From assembly GCA_038087875.1 (NCBI GenBank), contig JAXLNO010000446.1, positions 434,001 to 498,000 of the forward strand: a stretch of DNA of 64,000 nucleotides, in the 5' to 3' direction. The stretch's first letter is position 1; each line of letters starts with the position of its first letter. This document shows positions 25,386-39,097 of this stretch, one piece after another. The DNA comes from Malacoraja senta. Taxonomy: Eukaryota. The translations under genes were made by a program, and so were the position numbers. Under the pieces are notes generated by a model. The model searched no databases. It was not told where the DNA came from and saw nothing but the letters and a program-made list of their open reading frames with translations.

Positions 25386-26719
25386 TAAGATTTGTATAAA
25401 GCTCTGCTTCGAAATAATAAAGGTATCATTTCTGGGAAGGGTGTATTGACTTAGGAGGAGCAGCTGTGGGGTGGACATGTTTGTATTTTAATTGATTTAT
25501 CATTGTCACGTATATCAAGGGACGAGTTTTACTTGGTCCCCATCCCCTTTGTCCTGTTTTCACACCTTGCACATCCTTATCTATGTACCTCCCTCTCCCC
25601 TGACATCAGTCTGAAGAATGGTCTCGACCCAAAACGTCACCCATTCCTTCTCTCCAGAGATGCTGCCTGTCCCACTGAGTTACTCCAGCATTTTGTGTCC
25701 AGCATCTGCAGTTCCTTGTTTCTACATAGTGATTCTCACTTTGTATCGAGGTTAATTTAAATTATCCCGCTGTTCGGGTGGTATTGAAATGTTGTCTCGT
25801 GGTCCAGTCTCCCAGAACTTCAGATGCTTGTCTCGTCATTGGACTGGTATGTTCCATTGCTCAGGCTGCACTTGCCCCATAACTCAACTCATTAAAAACT
25901 TCCGACTGACATATACCCAGATATGTCAATGGTTTAATCTCGATAACTCAGTAAGCTATCAATGTGACACGAGCAGTGAGTCAGTCACTCAGCAATTCTT
26001 TCCCGGATACCCACCACCAATGCCCACATTCTATACTCCAACACAGTTGTTGGGTCAGGGAGCCAGTCTCACATTACAGGTTGGTCACCAGTCTATAAAT
26101 ACTGTTAGAAGGAAGCTTGACATTTTCCGGCAAAGAATTAAAAAAAAAATCCACTTGGAATCTAAAACTGTTTTATCAGAGCTTTTAAAGACAATTTGAC
26201 CACTGATAAGATGATCTTGTAGAGTTCACTGTAATATGGGTCAGAACACATTTCTGGAGAAACTCAGCAGGTCAAGCAGCATGTGTAGGAAGGAACTGCA
26301 GATGCAGGTTCACACCGAATATAGACACAAAATGCTGGAGTAACTCAGCTGGACAGGCAGCATCTTCTGGAGAGAAGGAATTGGTGATGTTTCAGGTCTC
26401 GAGTGTCATAGCATCTGTGGAGGGAATGGACAGACAACATTTTGGGGTTGGGACCTTGCTTTAGACAGATGGAGCAGGGAAGGAAAAGCTGGAAACCAGA
26501 GGTAATGATGGGGAAAAGCCTGGCAAGTGATCGGTGGATACTGGTAAGATGAGAGAGGTGACTGGCAGATGGGTGGGGTAAGTAACAAAGGTGAGAGGTG
26601 AAAAGGAGATAAGAAAGAAGTGGAGGAGTGGTTTAAAGCTACGTTCTGACCCATAACGTCTCCTGTCCATTTCCTCCGCAAATGCTGCCTGACTCGCTAA
26701 GTTGCACCAACTCTTTGTA

Positions 26720-27370
26720 TATTTGGAAGTTGAATCGGTAGTAAAGAAAGCAAACCCATTGCTAGCATTTATTTCAAGAGGGCTTGTATACAAAAACAGG
26801 GATGTAATGCTGAGGCTCTGTAAGGTGTTGGTCAGGGCACATTTGGAATATTGGGGCACTATATCTGAGGAAGATTGTGCTGGCTCTGGAGAGGGTCCAG
26901 AGGAGGTTTACAAGAATGATCCCAGGAATGAGTGGGTTAACCTATGATGAGCGTGTGTCGGTACTGGGCCTGTACTCACTGGAGTTTAGAAGGATGAGGG
27001 GGAACCTCATTGAAACTTACAGAATAGTGAAAGGCTTGGATAGAGTGGATGTGGAGAGGATGTTTCCACTGGTGGGAGTGTCTAGGATCAGAGATCATAG
27101 CCTCAGAATTAAAGGACGTTCTTTTAGGAAGAAGACGAGGAGAAATGTCTTTAGTCAGAGGGTGGTGAATATGTGGATTTTTTTGCCACAGAGGCCAAGT
27201 CAGTGGATATTTTTAAGGCAGAGATAGATTCTTGATTAGTCCAGGTGTCAGAGGTTATGGGGAGAAGGCAGGAGAATGGGGTTAGGAGGGATAGATAGAT
27301 CGGCCATGATTGAATGGCGGAGTAGACTTGATGGGCTGAATGGCCTAATTCTTCTATCACATATGACCTT
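26720..27370 (+). mobile_element. CR1 LINE 3' fragment
   Basis: LERVQRRFTRMIPG...RDHSLRIKG plus tail. Confidence 0.88.
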
Positions 27371-28153
27371 ATGGCCTCAAGCTTCCAGCATCTTCATTTT
27401 CTTCCTTCTCTATAACATGGGTCATGTAGGCTGAGGGTTATTTACTGCTTTGAACCCAGATAATGATGTTGGCGATGACCACTGATATGCAACTTCTTTG
27501 TGCATTTTCTGAAATGTTATATCCAAACGGATTTTCCGCCTGTATACATATTTATCTCTTGTCCTATTTAATTCTAGTCCAAAGTAATCCTGCAGCAGAG
27601 AGACAAAAAAAATTAATTCTGAAGAAGGGTCCCGATCTGAAATGCCACCTATCCATGTCCATGTCTGTGGAATTCTCTGCCTCAGAGGGCGGTGGAGGCA
27701 GGTTCTCTGGATACTTTCAAGAGAGTGATAGATAGGGCGGAGTCAGGGGATATGGGGAGAAGGCAGGAATGGGGTACTGATTGTGGATGAACAGCCATGA
27801 CCACAGTGAATGGCGGTGCTGGCTCAAATGGCCGAATGGCCTACTCCTGCACCAATTGTCTATTGTCTATTGTCCTCCAGAGACCAGTTTGTTCTGCTGC
27901 CTGACCCTCTGAGGTGCTCCAGCACTTTGTGTACTTTTGTGTGAACCAATGTGTGCAGTTATTTGTTTGTACATTGTAATATTTGGGCATTGGTGGCCAA
28001 GATTCCAGCTGGAGAGAGCTCTGTTGTTTCTGTGCATGGGCGGAGAAATGATTCAGCGTACAAATTGAATGCAAAATCAGTTTTAGAAGGTTCAGTTTAG
28101 TTTCATGTCACGTGTACTGAGGTACAGTGAAAAGCTGAAAATCAAGAGAGTGT

Positions 28154-28214
28154 CGCCCAACGTGGGCCTCGAACCCACGACCTTGGGATTAAGAGTCTCA
28201 TGCTCTAGCTGGGC
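28154..28214 (-). pseudogene. tRNA-Lys(CTT) pseudogene with D-arm deletion
   Basis: Minus strand gcccagctag-agcatgagactCTTaatcccaaggtcgtgggttcgaggcccacgttgggcg matches vertebrate tRNA-Lys-CTT except that ctcagtcggtag is missing and a few bases differ. Confidence 0.88.
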
Positions 28215-29774
28215 TGTGTTCCTGCATATCTACAGTGAGGGGTAGTGCGGTCTGCACGCTGTGAATCAGATCTTCAGCAATGGGTACAGAAAAGAATGGA
28301 AGTTTGGGAGACAAGGCTTTGTTTGAGACGATTACACATTTCCACAGATTTACTCATCAGAAGGAAGGCTTGCACCTTGACGCTGCGGTTGGAAGCTCCA
28401 GGGTTCATGGCGTGCATTATGGCAGCTAGCTCTCGGGATATTATGGCAGGGATTGGCACGAGAAGGCAATCTATGAGGGCAGAGGTGTAAACAATGCCAC
28501 GCAGATGTTTTTTCACCTCCCCCTCCCCCCTAATGTCTGCCTGAAGAAGGTCCCGACCCGAAATGTCCCCCATCCTGTTTCTCCAGAGATACTTCCTGAT
28601 CAGCGGAGGCACTCTAGCATTTTGTGTCTATCTTTGGTATAAACCAACATCTGTGAAAAAGATCCATCATCTAGATGCGCTGGGACGCATCCTCAGTGAT
28701 ATGACCTGGGATCATCGGGTGTTTCGGGTCTCACAACATCAGACACCCTCGCCCAGGTGATCCAGCCGGGGTTGATCAGGCCCTGACTTGCGTCCCAGCA
28801 GCAACCGCCCACGGATCAGCCATCTTAGTAACCACTCTGCAGGGGTTGGGTGATTCTAGTGCGTGGAGGGACTGGGCTCTGTGGGGTGAGTCCTGGCCGG
28901 GCTCCTCCTGCGTCTCACCAGGTTCAAGGCCTGTGCGTTCGCTGCACCTGTTTCTCCCTCTCCGAACATTTCATTCTCGCCTGATGGATTTTAGGCCCAT
29001 TGTGGTTCATTAGGCCTTTCCGTAGCTTTATTGGGTGTCTTTCTCACGAAAGACACAGACTGGGGTGCTAACCCAGCCTGTTCCGGGTGCCGTCTTTCCA
29101 TGCCGTCAACTGTCTCTGCAGTTCTTTGTATTTTCAAAGTAGGAGGCTTATCGCCAAGTGAATTGGCTTACAGCTAGCACAATGTCCGTGGGTCAATGGG
29201 CCCATCAATGCCTCTACTTCCACAGATGATTGAGAGATTGGGTACCTCGACGAATACTTTCTTGAATGTCTACAGGTGTACGGTAGAGAACAGTCCAACA
29301 CAGGTACTGATCATCCTACCAACGAAGGTGGAATCAAAAAGGCAGCCAGCATCATCAGACCCACACTAGCCTGGCCACGCTCTCAATTCACTCCTACCAT
29401 CGGGAGAAGGTGCAGGAACCTGAAAACCATGACCTCCAGGTTCAAGAACAGCTTATTCTCAACAACCATCAGGCTCATCAACACCAACTAATCAATGAAC
29501 TATGAACTGCTTTGGTTACACTAATGCTTTTGTCTTTTTGTTTGCCACTACTGTTGTTTTTTGGGTAATTTTTTTGAACATTATTTTGTTTATTCTACTA
29601 TCCGTGAATACTGTGTTTACAGACGTATCAAGCTGCCTTCATTGTTCTGTTTTTGGTACATATGACAATCTAGACAATTGACTTTTGAATGTCACAGGAA
29701 CAATAAGCTGGTTCATTTTAGTGAAGTAGACCAAAAGTTAGCAATTTGTTTTAAATTCCAAGGCAGCTGAGATT

Positions 29775-30275
29775 ACAAGGTTTACGAGGTTCACCAGGTT
29801 AATTCCAGGGATGGCGGGACTGTCATATGCTGAGAGAATGGAGCAGCTGGGCTTGTATACTCTGGAGTTTAGAAGGATAAGAGGGGATCTTATTGAAACA
29901 TATAAAATTATTAAGGGTTTGGACACGCTCGAGGCAGGAAACATGTTCCCGATGTTGGGGGAGTCCTGAACCAGGGGCCACAGTTTAAGAATAAGGGGTA
30001 AGCCATTTAGAACGGAGACGAGGAAACACTTTTTCTCACAGAGTTGTGAGTGTGGAATTCTCTGCCTCAGAGGGCGGTGGAGGCCGGTTCTCTGGATACT
30101 TTCAAGAGAGAGCTAGATAGAGCTCTTAAAGATAGCGGAGTTAGGGGATATGGGAGAAAGCAGGAATGTGGTACTGATTGGGGATGATCAGCCATGATCA
30201 CATTGAATGGCGGTGCTGGCTCGGGGCCGAATGGCCTACTCCTGCACCTATTGTCTATTGTCTATTGTCTATTGT
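29775..30275 (+). mobile_element. CR1 LINE 3' fragment
   Basis: RFTRLIPGM...TRGHSLRI and a (tctattg)n tail. Confidence 0.88.
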
Positions 30276-30299
30276 GGCGACCTACAATTTTGTCAGTGA

Positions 30300-30828
30300 T
30301 AGAAACATAGAAACATAGAAATTAGGTGCAGGAGTAGGCCATTCGGCCCTTCGAGCCTGCACCGCCATTCAATATGATGATGGCTGATCATCCAACTCAG
30401 TATCCCGTACCTGCCTTCTCTCCATACCCTCTGATCCCTTTACCCACAAGGGCCACATCTAACTCCCTCTTAAATATAGCCAATGAACTGGCCTCGACTA
30501 CCCTCTGTGGCAGAGAGTTCCAGAGATTCACCACTCTCTGTGTGAAAAAAGTTCTTCTCATCTCGGTTTTAAAGGATTTCCCCCTTAACCTTAAGCTGTG
30601 ACCCCTTGTCCTGGACTTCCCCAACATCGGGAACAATCTTCCTGCATCTAGCCTGTCCAACCCGTTAAGAATTTTGTAAGTTTCTATAAGATCCCCTCTC
30701 AATCTCCTAAATTCTAGCGAGTATAAACCAAGTCTATCCAGTCTTTCTTCATATGAAAGTTCTGACATCCCAGGAATCAGTCTGGTGAACCTTCTCTGCA
30801 CTCCCTCTATGGCTATAATGTCCTTCTG
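30300..30828 (-). mobile_element. CR1 LINE 3' fragment, tail-to-tail with the previous copy
   Basis: Minus [32 protein letters not shown]; (tttctatg)n tail. Confidence 0.9.
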
Positions 30829-31070
30829 ATAATCAGAAGTCAGTTGAGAGACATGGCTCGGTGATTACAATCAGTGAGTACAAATGGCCCGATTAAGGAT
30901 CTGCCACTGCAGTGCACACTCAGTGGATTAATAGACCCATTCGCCATGTGACAAGCTTGTAGTTCAATCGATGAGCGCTTCACTCTGAGTTATTAAACAC
31001 ACAACCATACATCTGAAATATGTGACACTTATGGAGATGGAACCATAAAATTCCAAGGAGTTTCATCGAC

Positions 31071-31380
31071 GGGGCAGCACGGTGGTGCAGCGGTCGAGTT
31101 GCTGACTTACAGCGCCAGAGACCTGGGTTCCATCCTGACTACGGGTGCAATCTGTACGGAGTTTGTACGTTTTCTCTGCAACAGTGTGGGTTTTTTCCGG
31201 GTGCTCCGTTTCCTCCCACACTCCAAAGACACAATAAGTTTATAGATTCAAGTGGCTTCGGTAAAATTGTGAATTGTCCCAAGTGTGTAGGATTGTGCTT
31301 GTGTACGGGGTGATCGCTGGTCGGCGCGGACTCGGTGGGCTGAAGGGCCCTCTTTCCTGGTTGTATCTCTAAAGTCTAAA
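31071..31380 (+). mobile_element. Full-length V-SINE (HE1-like)
   Basis: Box A-like ggtggtgcagcggt, box B-like gggttccatcc, V-domain, and tail gggctgaagggcc...ctctaaagtctaaa. Confidence 0.85.
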
Positions 31381-32619
31381 GAGAGCAAGGTGGATAAGTC
31401 ATAGAACAGTCCTGAAGTTTGGAGATTCAAAGCAGAATGTGAATATGGATGAAACCTCCGGCAATTACATTACAGATATAATGACGGACACCCAATTCAT
31501 GTGTGACAATTTAAAACAAAAGCATATTTGTAACTGATGGAAAAAGAAACACCTGCCAGTAACCTGCCTGCATGTAATATTGGGTGTAGCTCTTTAAAAT
31601 GTTTACCATGGGACCATCTAGATAAATGAAGCATGGAGACTGGTTCATGTTGTGTCATAACTCCTTATTTAAGAATAAGGGGGAGGCCATTTAGGACTAA
31701 GATGAGGAAAAACGTTTTCACCCAGAGAGTTGTGCATCTGTGGAATTCTCTGCCACAGAAGGCAATGGAGGCCGATTCATTGGATGTTTTCAAGAGAGAG
31801 TTAGATAGAGTTCTTAGGGCTAACAGAATCAAGGAATATGGGGAGAAAGCAGGAACGGGGTACTGATTGTGGATGATCAGCCACAATCATATTGAATAGT
31901 GGTGCTGGCTGGAAGGGCCAAATGGCCTACTCCTGCACCTTTTCTCTATTGTGCCTTGGCTAACAAAGGCAAATATCCCACACAGTCATATAGCACGGAA
32001 GCAGGCCCATCCGTCCAAATCATCCATGCTGACCAAGATGCCCCATCTACACTAGTCCCACCTGCCCACATTTGACCCCATATCACTAAACCTTTCCTAG
32101 TGCCTGTCCAAGCATCTTTTAAATGTTATAGTAAACATTATAACGCTGGCAAATGGGACTAGACCAGTATGCCAACTTGGACAGCATGGACAAGGTGGGC
32201 TGAAGGGCCTGTTTCTGTGCTTACAGCTCCATGACTCTTGACACCTTATGAAAGTGCAAAAAGACCAAAATGAGCATTTAGTAGAAGGTTCATTGTGGAC
32301 CTCAGTCTGGAAAGCCTCACTAGTACTGCCCTGCTGAGAAAGAATGTGATGAGCTGAATGTCACCAGAATATAAACTGCATCTTGACCTGGTCCTCAACG
32401 ATTCTATCTGGGACTATTTTAATCTTACTTTTAGGAGTACTTCTCTAAAAGTAATTTAATTATCCTGGTGGAATATTTTCACAATACATCTTTTCTCTGT
32501 ATGATCACACCACTATGTATTAATGTATGAATGGTGATTTTAAATAGAAATCTTCTGGGATTCCAACGCGTTACCTTTGTCCAGTGAGTCAACCACTGCG
32601 GTTCCTCTCTTTTAGTTTC

Positions 32620-32905
32620 ATTTAGTTCAGAGATACAATGTGGAAACAGGACCTTTGGCCCACCGAGTCCCCACTGACCAGCGATCCCCGTACACTAGCA
32701 TTATCCTACACACCAGGAACAATTTACAATTTTTACCGAAGCCAATTAACCTAAAACCCTTTATGGGAGAAAACTGGAGCACCCGGAGAAAACCCACGCG
32801 GTCACGGGGAGAAGGTACAAACTCCGTACAGGCAGCACCCGTAGTCAGGATGGAACCCGGGTCACTGGCGCTGTGAGGCAGCAACTCTACCGCTGCACCA
32901 CTGTG
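32620..32905 (-). mobile_element. V-SINE (HE1-like)
   Basis: Reverse complement of the same family. Confidence 0.85.
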
Positions 32906-34479
32906 CCAGATCTTGCTGGATCTATTTCTCATTAAATATTTCAGTCAGATTCAACCAATGGCCTGATATGCTGATGGTAGCCCAATGTTTATCCTGTGTA
33001 TAATTGAATGATAAATAAATCAGGCTGTACTCTTGGCAAATCCACTATTCTTTTAGTGTTGCAGACTAACCGATTGCAGTGCAAAAGGAACATTTGTGTT
33101 TGGTGAGGGCAGTGTTTGGTGTCATCACGTAGGACAGTGCTGGCTCGAAGGGCCGAATGGCCTACTCCTGCACCTATTGTCTATTGACAGTGCAGCACAA
33201 GGACAGGCTCTTTGGTCCACAATGTGTGTGGCAAACATAACCCCTGTCACCCAAGAGGGTCAGGAGGCCACGTCTCCTCTCCCACACCCTAAACTTTGTA
33301 GAACCCCTCCCCCCCAAATCTAGGAACACAATTAAGCCATTCACCCCATCAAGTCTACTCCGCCATTCAATCATGGCTGATCTGTCTTTGCCTCTCAACC
33401 CCATTCTCCTGCCTTCTCCCAGAACCCTTGACACCCGCACTAATTAAGAATCGATCTATCTCCACCTCAACAATATCCATTGATTTGGCCTGCACAGTCG
33501 TCTGCTGGATCTCCAGGAGTTTAAAAGGCAGCCTACATCATGAAGGACCCACACCACCCTGGCCACGCTCTCATCTCACTCCTGCCATTGGGAAGAATGT
33601 ACAGGTGTCTGAAAACTGTGACCTCCAGGTTCAAGAACAGATTCTTCCCAACAACTATCAGGCACTTGGGTTGATCACCAGCATAACCAACTAAACTCTG
33701 AACTATCCACAGTCCTGGTTGCACAAGTGGCTTTAGGCTTTTTTGCACTAATATTGGGATCCTTCATTTAGAACATAGACAAAGAACAGTACAGCACAAG
33801 AACTGGCCCTTTGGCCCACAGTGTCTATTCCGAACATGATGCCAAGACCATCACTTATCTGCCTTCCCTGCCCATTCATATGCCTGTCCAAAAGCATCTT
33901 ATACGCCACTATTGTATCTGCCTTCACCACCACCCCGGCAACACGTTCCAGGCACCCACCAACCTCTGTGTTGAAAATAAAGTTAAACTTTGACCCTACC
34001 ACCTCAAAGCTATGAACTCTAGTATTTGAATTTTCCAACCCTGGGAAAAAGATTCTGTCTACCTTATCTAGAAACATAGAAGATAGGTGCAGTAGTAGGC
34101 CATTCGGCCCTTCGAGGCAACACCACCATTCAATATGATCATGGCTGATCATCCACAATCAGTACCCCGTTCCTGCTTTTTCCCATATCCCTTGATCCCG
34201 TTAGCCGTAAGAGCTAAATCTAACTCTCTCTTGAAAACATCCAGTGAATCGGCCTCCACTGCCTTCTGTGGCAGAGAATTCCACAGATTCACAACTCTCT
34301 GGGTGAAGACATTTTTCCTCATCTCGGTCCTAAATGGCCGACCCCTTATTTCTTAAACTGTGGCCCCTGGTTCTGGACTCCATTGTTTTATTTTCGGTAC
34401 ATATGACAATCGAATGCTCTTGACTCTAGAAAGAAGCTGGAGTTTGGTGTGGAATGTTTATGTGCGATAATCTGGCCTT

Positions 34480-34542
34480 GACCACTGACCACTGACCACT
34501 GACCACTGACCACTGACCACTGACCACTGACCACTGACCACA
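34480..34542. repeat. (CCACTGA)n heptamer microsatellite
   Basis: About 8-9 perfect units. Confidence 0.95.
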
Positions 34543-34735
34543 GTGCACTACATTCCTTGCTCTTTTAATAGTTCAGGCGAATCACGAAGAATCATTGACA
34601 AACTTGCACCATAAATCCCATCTAACTCAGTGTGCCTTTACCATGGCAATAAGTGCCATTCATTACTTGGGTGAAAGCAGCACGTGAGCAGGTATTTGGT
34701 ATCAAGCTGCCTCTCAGTTCTCATCAAGATATTTG

Positions 34736-35585
34736 AATAATAATAATAATAATAGATTTTATTTATATAGCGCTTTTCAGGACTCAAAGTCGCTTTACAA
34801 TTGAGAGTCAGGAATAAACAAAACAAAATAGAGCAGTAAGACAGAGGGGAGGGGAACATGGGACCAAGGGTATGCAGAGGTGAAGAGATGGGTCTTGAGG
34901 CGAGACTGGAAGATGGTGAGGGACTCAGAATTTCGGACCGGTTGTGGGAGGGAATTCCAGAGCCTGGGAGCTGCCCTGGAGAAGGCTCTGCCTCCAAAAG
35001 TGCAGAGGTTTGCTTTCGGATAGGAGAGGAGACCAGCTGATGTGGATCTGAGGGACCGTGAGGGTTGGTAGGGGGAGAGGAGGTCAATGAGATAAGGGGG
35101 GGCCAGGTTGTTGAGGGCTTTGTAGGTGAGGACCAGGATTTTGTAGGTGATCCGGTGGGAAATGGGAAGCCAGTGAAGTTCTTTGAGAACTGGGGTGATG
35201 TGGTGCCAGGATTTGGTGTGGGTGATGAGTCGGGCGGCTGCATTCTGGACCAGTTGGAGTCGTTTGATGCTGCTGGAATTGATTCCGAAAAGAAGAGAGT
35301 TACAGTAGTCCAGTCGGGAGGAGATGAAGGCATGGATGAGTCTTTCAGCTGCGGAGGGTGTGAGAGAGGATCTGATTTTGGCAATGTTGCTGAGGTGAAA
35401 AAATGATGTTTTGACAACATGGCGGATGTGAGGCTCAAGGGAGAGGGTTGAGTCAAAGATCACGCCAAGGTTGCGTGCCTGAGGAGATGGGGAGACAGTG
35501 GTGCCGTCAATAGTGAGAGTGGGGTTGTTAATTTTAGTGAGTGTTGATTTGGAGCCAATGAGGAGAAATTCTGTTTTGCTACTGT
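34736..35585 (-). mobile_element. L2 LINE 3' part, young copy
   Basis: Near-identical to 5237-6072; open frame KTEFLLIG...FQSRLKTHLF; (tat)n tail. Confidence 0.93.
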
Positions 35586-36529
35586 AAATATACTGAATAT
35601 AAGCTATGTTGGTGGTTGCCCTCATTATGTCGCCCAAACAGCCCTACCATCTTTAAAATATTTAGAAAAAGAACCTTGTGCTTGGTAGATACAAGGACTG
35701 CAGACGCTGGTTTACACAATAAAGACTCTTGTTCAAGTGCTTGTATTTGGCATTAGTTTGGAATCGCTTTGTCATTGTCACATCTACTGAGATACAGTGA
35801 AAAGCTTTTCTCAGTCAATTCACACCATATGTGAGTGTAATCGAGCCACAACATGTACTGGTACAAAGAGAACAAACCAGAGGGCAGAATATAGTGCTAC
35901 AATGTTACAGCGTTAGAGTTACAGAGAAAATGCAGATAGTCACAAAGTGCAAGGTCACAATGAGGTAGGTCGGAAGATCGGGACTACACCCTATCAGATG
36001 GGAGGACCGTTTATTTACAATGGTGAGGAGTGTGGTCTGTGTGATGGACTGGGCCACATCTACAATGGTGGGGAGTGTGGTCTGTGTGACGGACTGGGCT
36101 ACATCCACAACTGCAATTTCTTGTGATCTTGGGCAGAGCTGTTCCCAAACCAAGCTGTGATGCAATCTGGCAGTCTGCTTTCTATGATGCATTTGTAGAT
36201 TGTAAGAGTTGTTGGAGACATAGAGTCAGAGTCATACAGCACAGAAATAGGCCCTTCTGCCCAACTTGTCCATACTGACCAAGATGTCTAGAAACACTAG
36301 TCCCACCTGCCCGCATTTGGCCAATATCCCTCTAAACATTTCCTATTCATATATCTGTACAAATACCTTTGCTGAACTACCTCCTCTGTGAAAAAGTTGC
36401 CTCTCAGGTTCCTATTAAATCTTTCCTCTCTCTCCTTAAACCTATGTGCTCTAGTTCTTAAATCCCCTAGTCTGGGTAAAAGACCCCCCCCCCTCATGGA
36501 TAAGGCTATTCCCTCATGATTTTATAATC

Positions 36530-36955
36530 TTAGGCCCCTTCGGTCGTGGCTGACCATGGGGGTCTCCAGGGTGCTATTCCCTATATGGAGGATGCCTGTG
36601 CGGGACTTTGTTTAACGTGGGGAGACTGGTGCACAGACAGCCACCCCACGGTCCTTGACAGATCTGGGTCAGGATCCAGTGGCATGGAGTCCAAGACGAC
36701 CGGAGACCCTTTTCTGCTGCAGCCTTCATCCGCCTTCCCAGCCGTTGTGACGCTCCACTAAGGTCAGCCATCATCCTCCGCCTGTTCCACCGTTGAGGTC
36801 TTGGTTGGATTGCTCTTTGTCAGAGACCTCCCCCTCAACCTTACCGCCATGGGTGGCCCTACCAGGAGCATAGCTCCAGACGGCATCGCTCTCAGGATCT
36901 CAGGTCCACACAAGCTTCTCCACCACGACAAGGTGACAATCCACGGAGAAGCTAT
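36530..36955 (-). mobile_element. Non-autonomous bipartite RTE (Expander/Rex3-like 5' UTR fused to a short 3' end)
   Basis: Minus 5' end tgtcaccttgtcgtggtggagaagcttgtgtgg...tgctcctggtagggccacccatggc...ctgacaaag resembles the conserved RTE 5' UTR. No ORF. Inserted in a CR1 fragment. Confidence 0.7.
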
Positions 36956-38027
36956 ACACCTCTATTAGGTCACCCCTCAGCCTGCTGAGCTCCATGCTGA
37001 ACTTCCTTAATAGATTCAGAGTCATACAATTGCACAGCATAGAAACAGGCCCTTCAGCCCAACTTGCCTATGCCGACCAACATGCCCCATCTACACTAGT
37101 CCCACCTGCCTACGTTTTGGCCCATATCCATCTAATCTCCTGAGGACATGGAAATATTGGTGTGCTTTCTTGCATAGCATCGGTGTGGTTGGTCCAGGAC
37201 AAATTGTTGGTGATATTTACGGCTAGGAACTTGAAGCTCTCGACAGTCTCCACTTCGACACCATTGATGCTAAATGGGGCATATGCTCCACCACGCTTCC
37301 TGTAGCTCCTTCATCTTTCTGACGGGAGGAAAATGTTGAACTATTGAGCCATCATTGTTACATTATGCATCTCTTTCAGAATCACCCAGTCAATTAAGTA
37401 TTTTGCAAGTTTCATAATTTGAATGAAACTAAGAAAGTAAGTGCAGCATAATGTCGTAGCGGTAGAGTTGCTGCCACCCAGCAGCAGAAACACGGATTTG
37501 ATCCTGACAATGGGTGTTGCCTGTACAGAATCTGCACGTTCTCCCTTTGACGCCGTAAGTTTCCTCCGGGTGCTCGGTTTCATCCCACACTCCAAAGACA
37601 TGCTGCTTTGAAGGTTCATTTGTTTCGATAACATTGTACATTGTCCCTAGTATGTGGGAGAGAACCAGTGTGAATGGGTAATCGCTGGTCGGTGCAGACT
37701 CGACAGGATGTAGGGCCAGTTTCCACGCTGTATCTCCAAACTAAACTAAACAAAATGAATGTTTGCACAGTACTCTCCCAGGGACAGCATGGTGATATGA
37801 CCAGATAATCTGTTTTTCAAAAATACCGACCAATCAGGCCATAAAAATGAGAGAAAATACATTGAAGCCTTTGAAACAACGGCTAAAATGGACGTTGTGT
37901 TCCTGCTTTGAAGAGCACTGTTTTTGTAGATTAACAGGCCTTAAAAGCTTTGTATTTCTGTGCAATTTAACCTGCTTTATACAGTGCCCTCCATAATGTT
38001 TGGACAATGACCCATCATTTATTTATT

Positions 38028-38925
38028 TAAGTAAGTAAGTAAGTTTTATTTATATAGCACGTTTTAAATCAACTCGCGTTGAAACCAAAGTGCATTACAT
38101 AAAATAAATAATAAGTTTCCGTACATCCATAGAAAAAGATTTAAAAAGAAAAATTGACACAACACATTATAGAGTCAACACAAACGTCCCCCCACAACAG
38201 AATCAAAATGTTCCACTGTGGGGAAAGGCACCAGAAAGTTTAGTCTTCTTCCTCTGTGACCACCCGAGGTCGGGGCCTATTTGTGGCCTTGCAGCCAGTC
38301 CGGTGTTTTCAGGCCCTCTTTGCCGTGAAGCTGGAACTCCGGCGTCGGGTGGACATTCCCTCAGTGGTTTGGAAACTGTCTGGAGCGGCCGCTTCCTCCC
38401 GGAGACCGCGGCACCCGAGGTCCCCAGGCCGCGCCGGTTGAGCTCCGACTCTGGCGATCTCAGCAAGAGATCCCAGGCTCCGCGGTGTTCTAAATCCAGC
38501 GCCGCCCGCTGGACGCTCCGCAGACCGCAGCTCCTTGATGTTGGAGTCGGCGGGTCACCGCACTCCGGAGCTTACCGCGCGGCCACCCGGTAAGGCATCG
38601 CCCGCTCCGTGTTGGTGTCCCAGCGCTGTGCAGCCAGCCGAAGCTGTGGTCCCGGTCGTCCCGACAGGAAAAGCCGCTCCAGTGTCGGTGGTAGGCCGCG
38701 AGGAAGGGGGCGAGAAGCAGCTCGGAGGGAAGCCGCCTCTCCGACCAGGTAGGGACTAGGAAATAAAGTTTCCCCCTTCCCCTCTCCCCACCCACCACAT
38801 AAAAGACCTCCAACTAACATTTGTTTTTTAACAGGACTAAAAATAAAATAAAAAAGGGTGAAAGGGCGGACTGCAGGGAGAGCAGCCACATACAACAGCG
38901 CCCCACTCCTGCACATCCTCCATTT
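38028..38925 (-). mobile_element. GC-rich non-autonomous retroposon with L2-type 3' tail
   Basis: Left end is the reverse complement of an L2 tail (tgtaatgcactttggtttcaac...gtgctatataaataaa(actt)n); CpG-rich non-coding body; interrupts the Tc1 left TIR. Confidence 0.7.
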
Positions 38926-39059
38926 TGCCACTGTACTCCACAATTTGAGATTTGTAATAAAAATAATCACATGTGGTTAACCATATAACCATATAACCAT
39001 ATAACCATAACAGCACGGAAACAGGCCATCTCGGCCCTTCAAGTCCGTGCCGAACATTT

Positions 39060-39097
<38 letters not shown>

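Noticed and set aside
31071..31145. tRNA genes at SINE heads
   Set aside because: tRNA-derived SINE heads without a valid cloverleaf, continuing into the V-domain.
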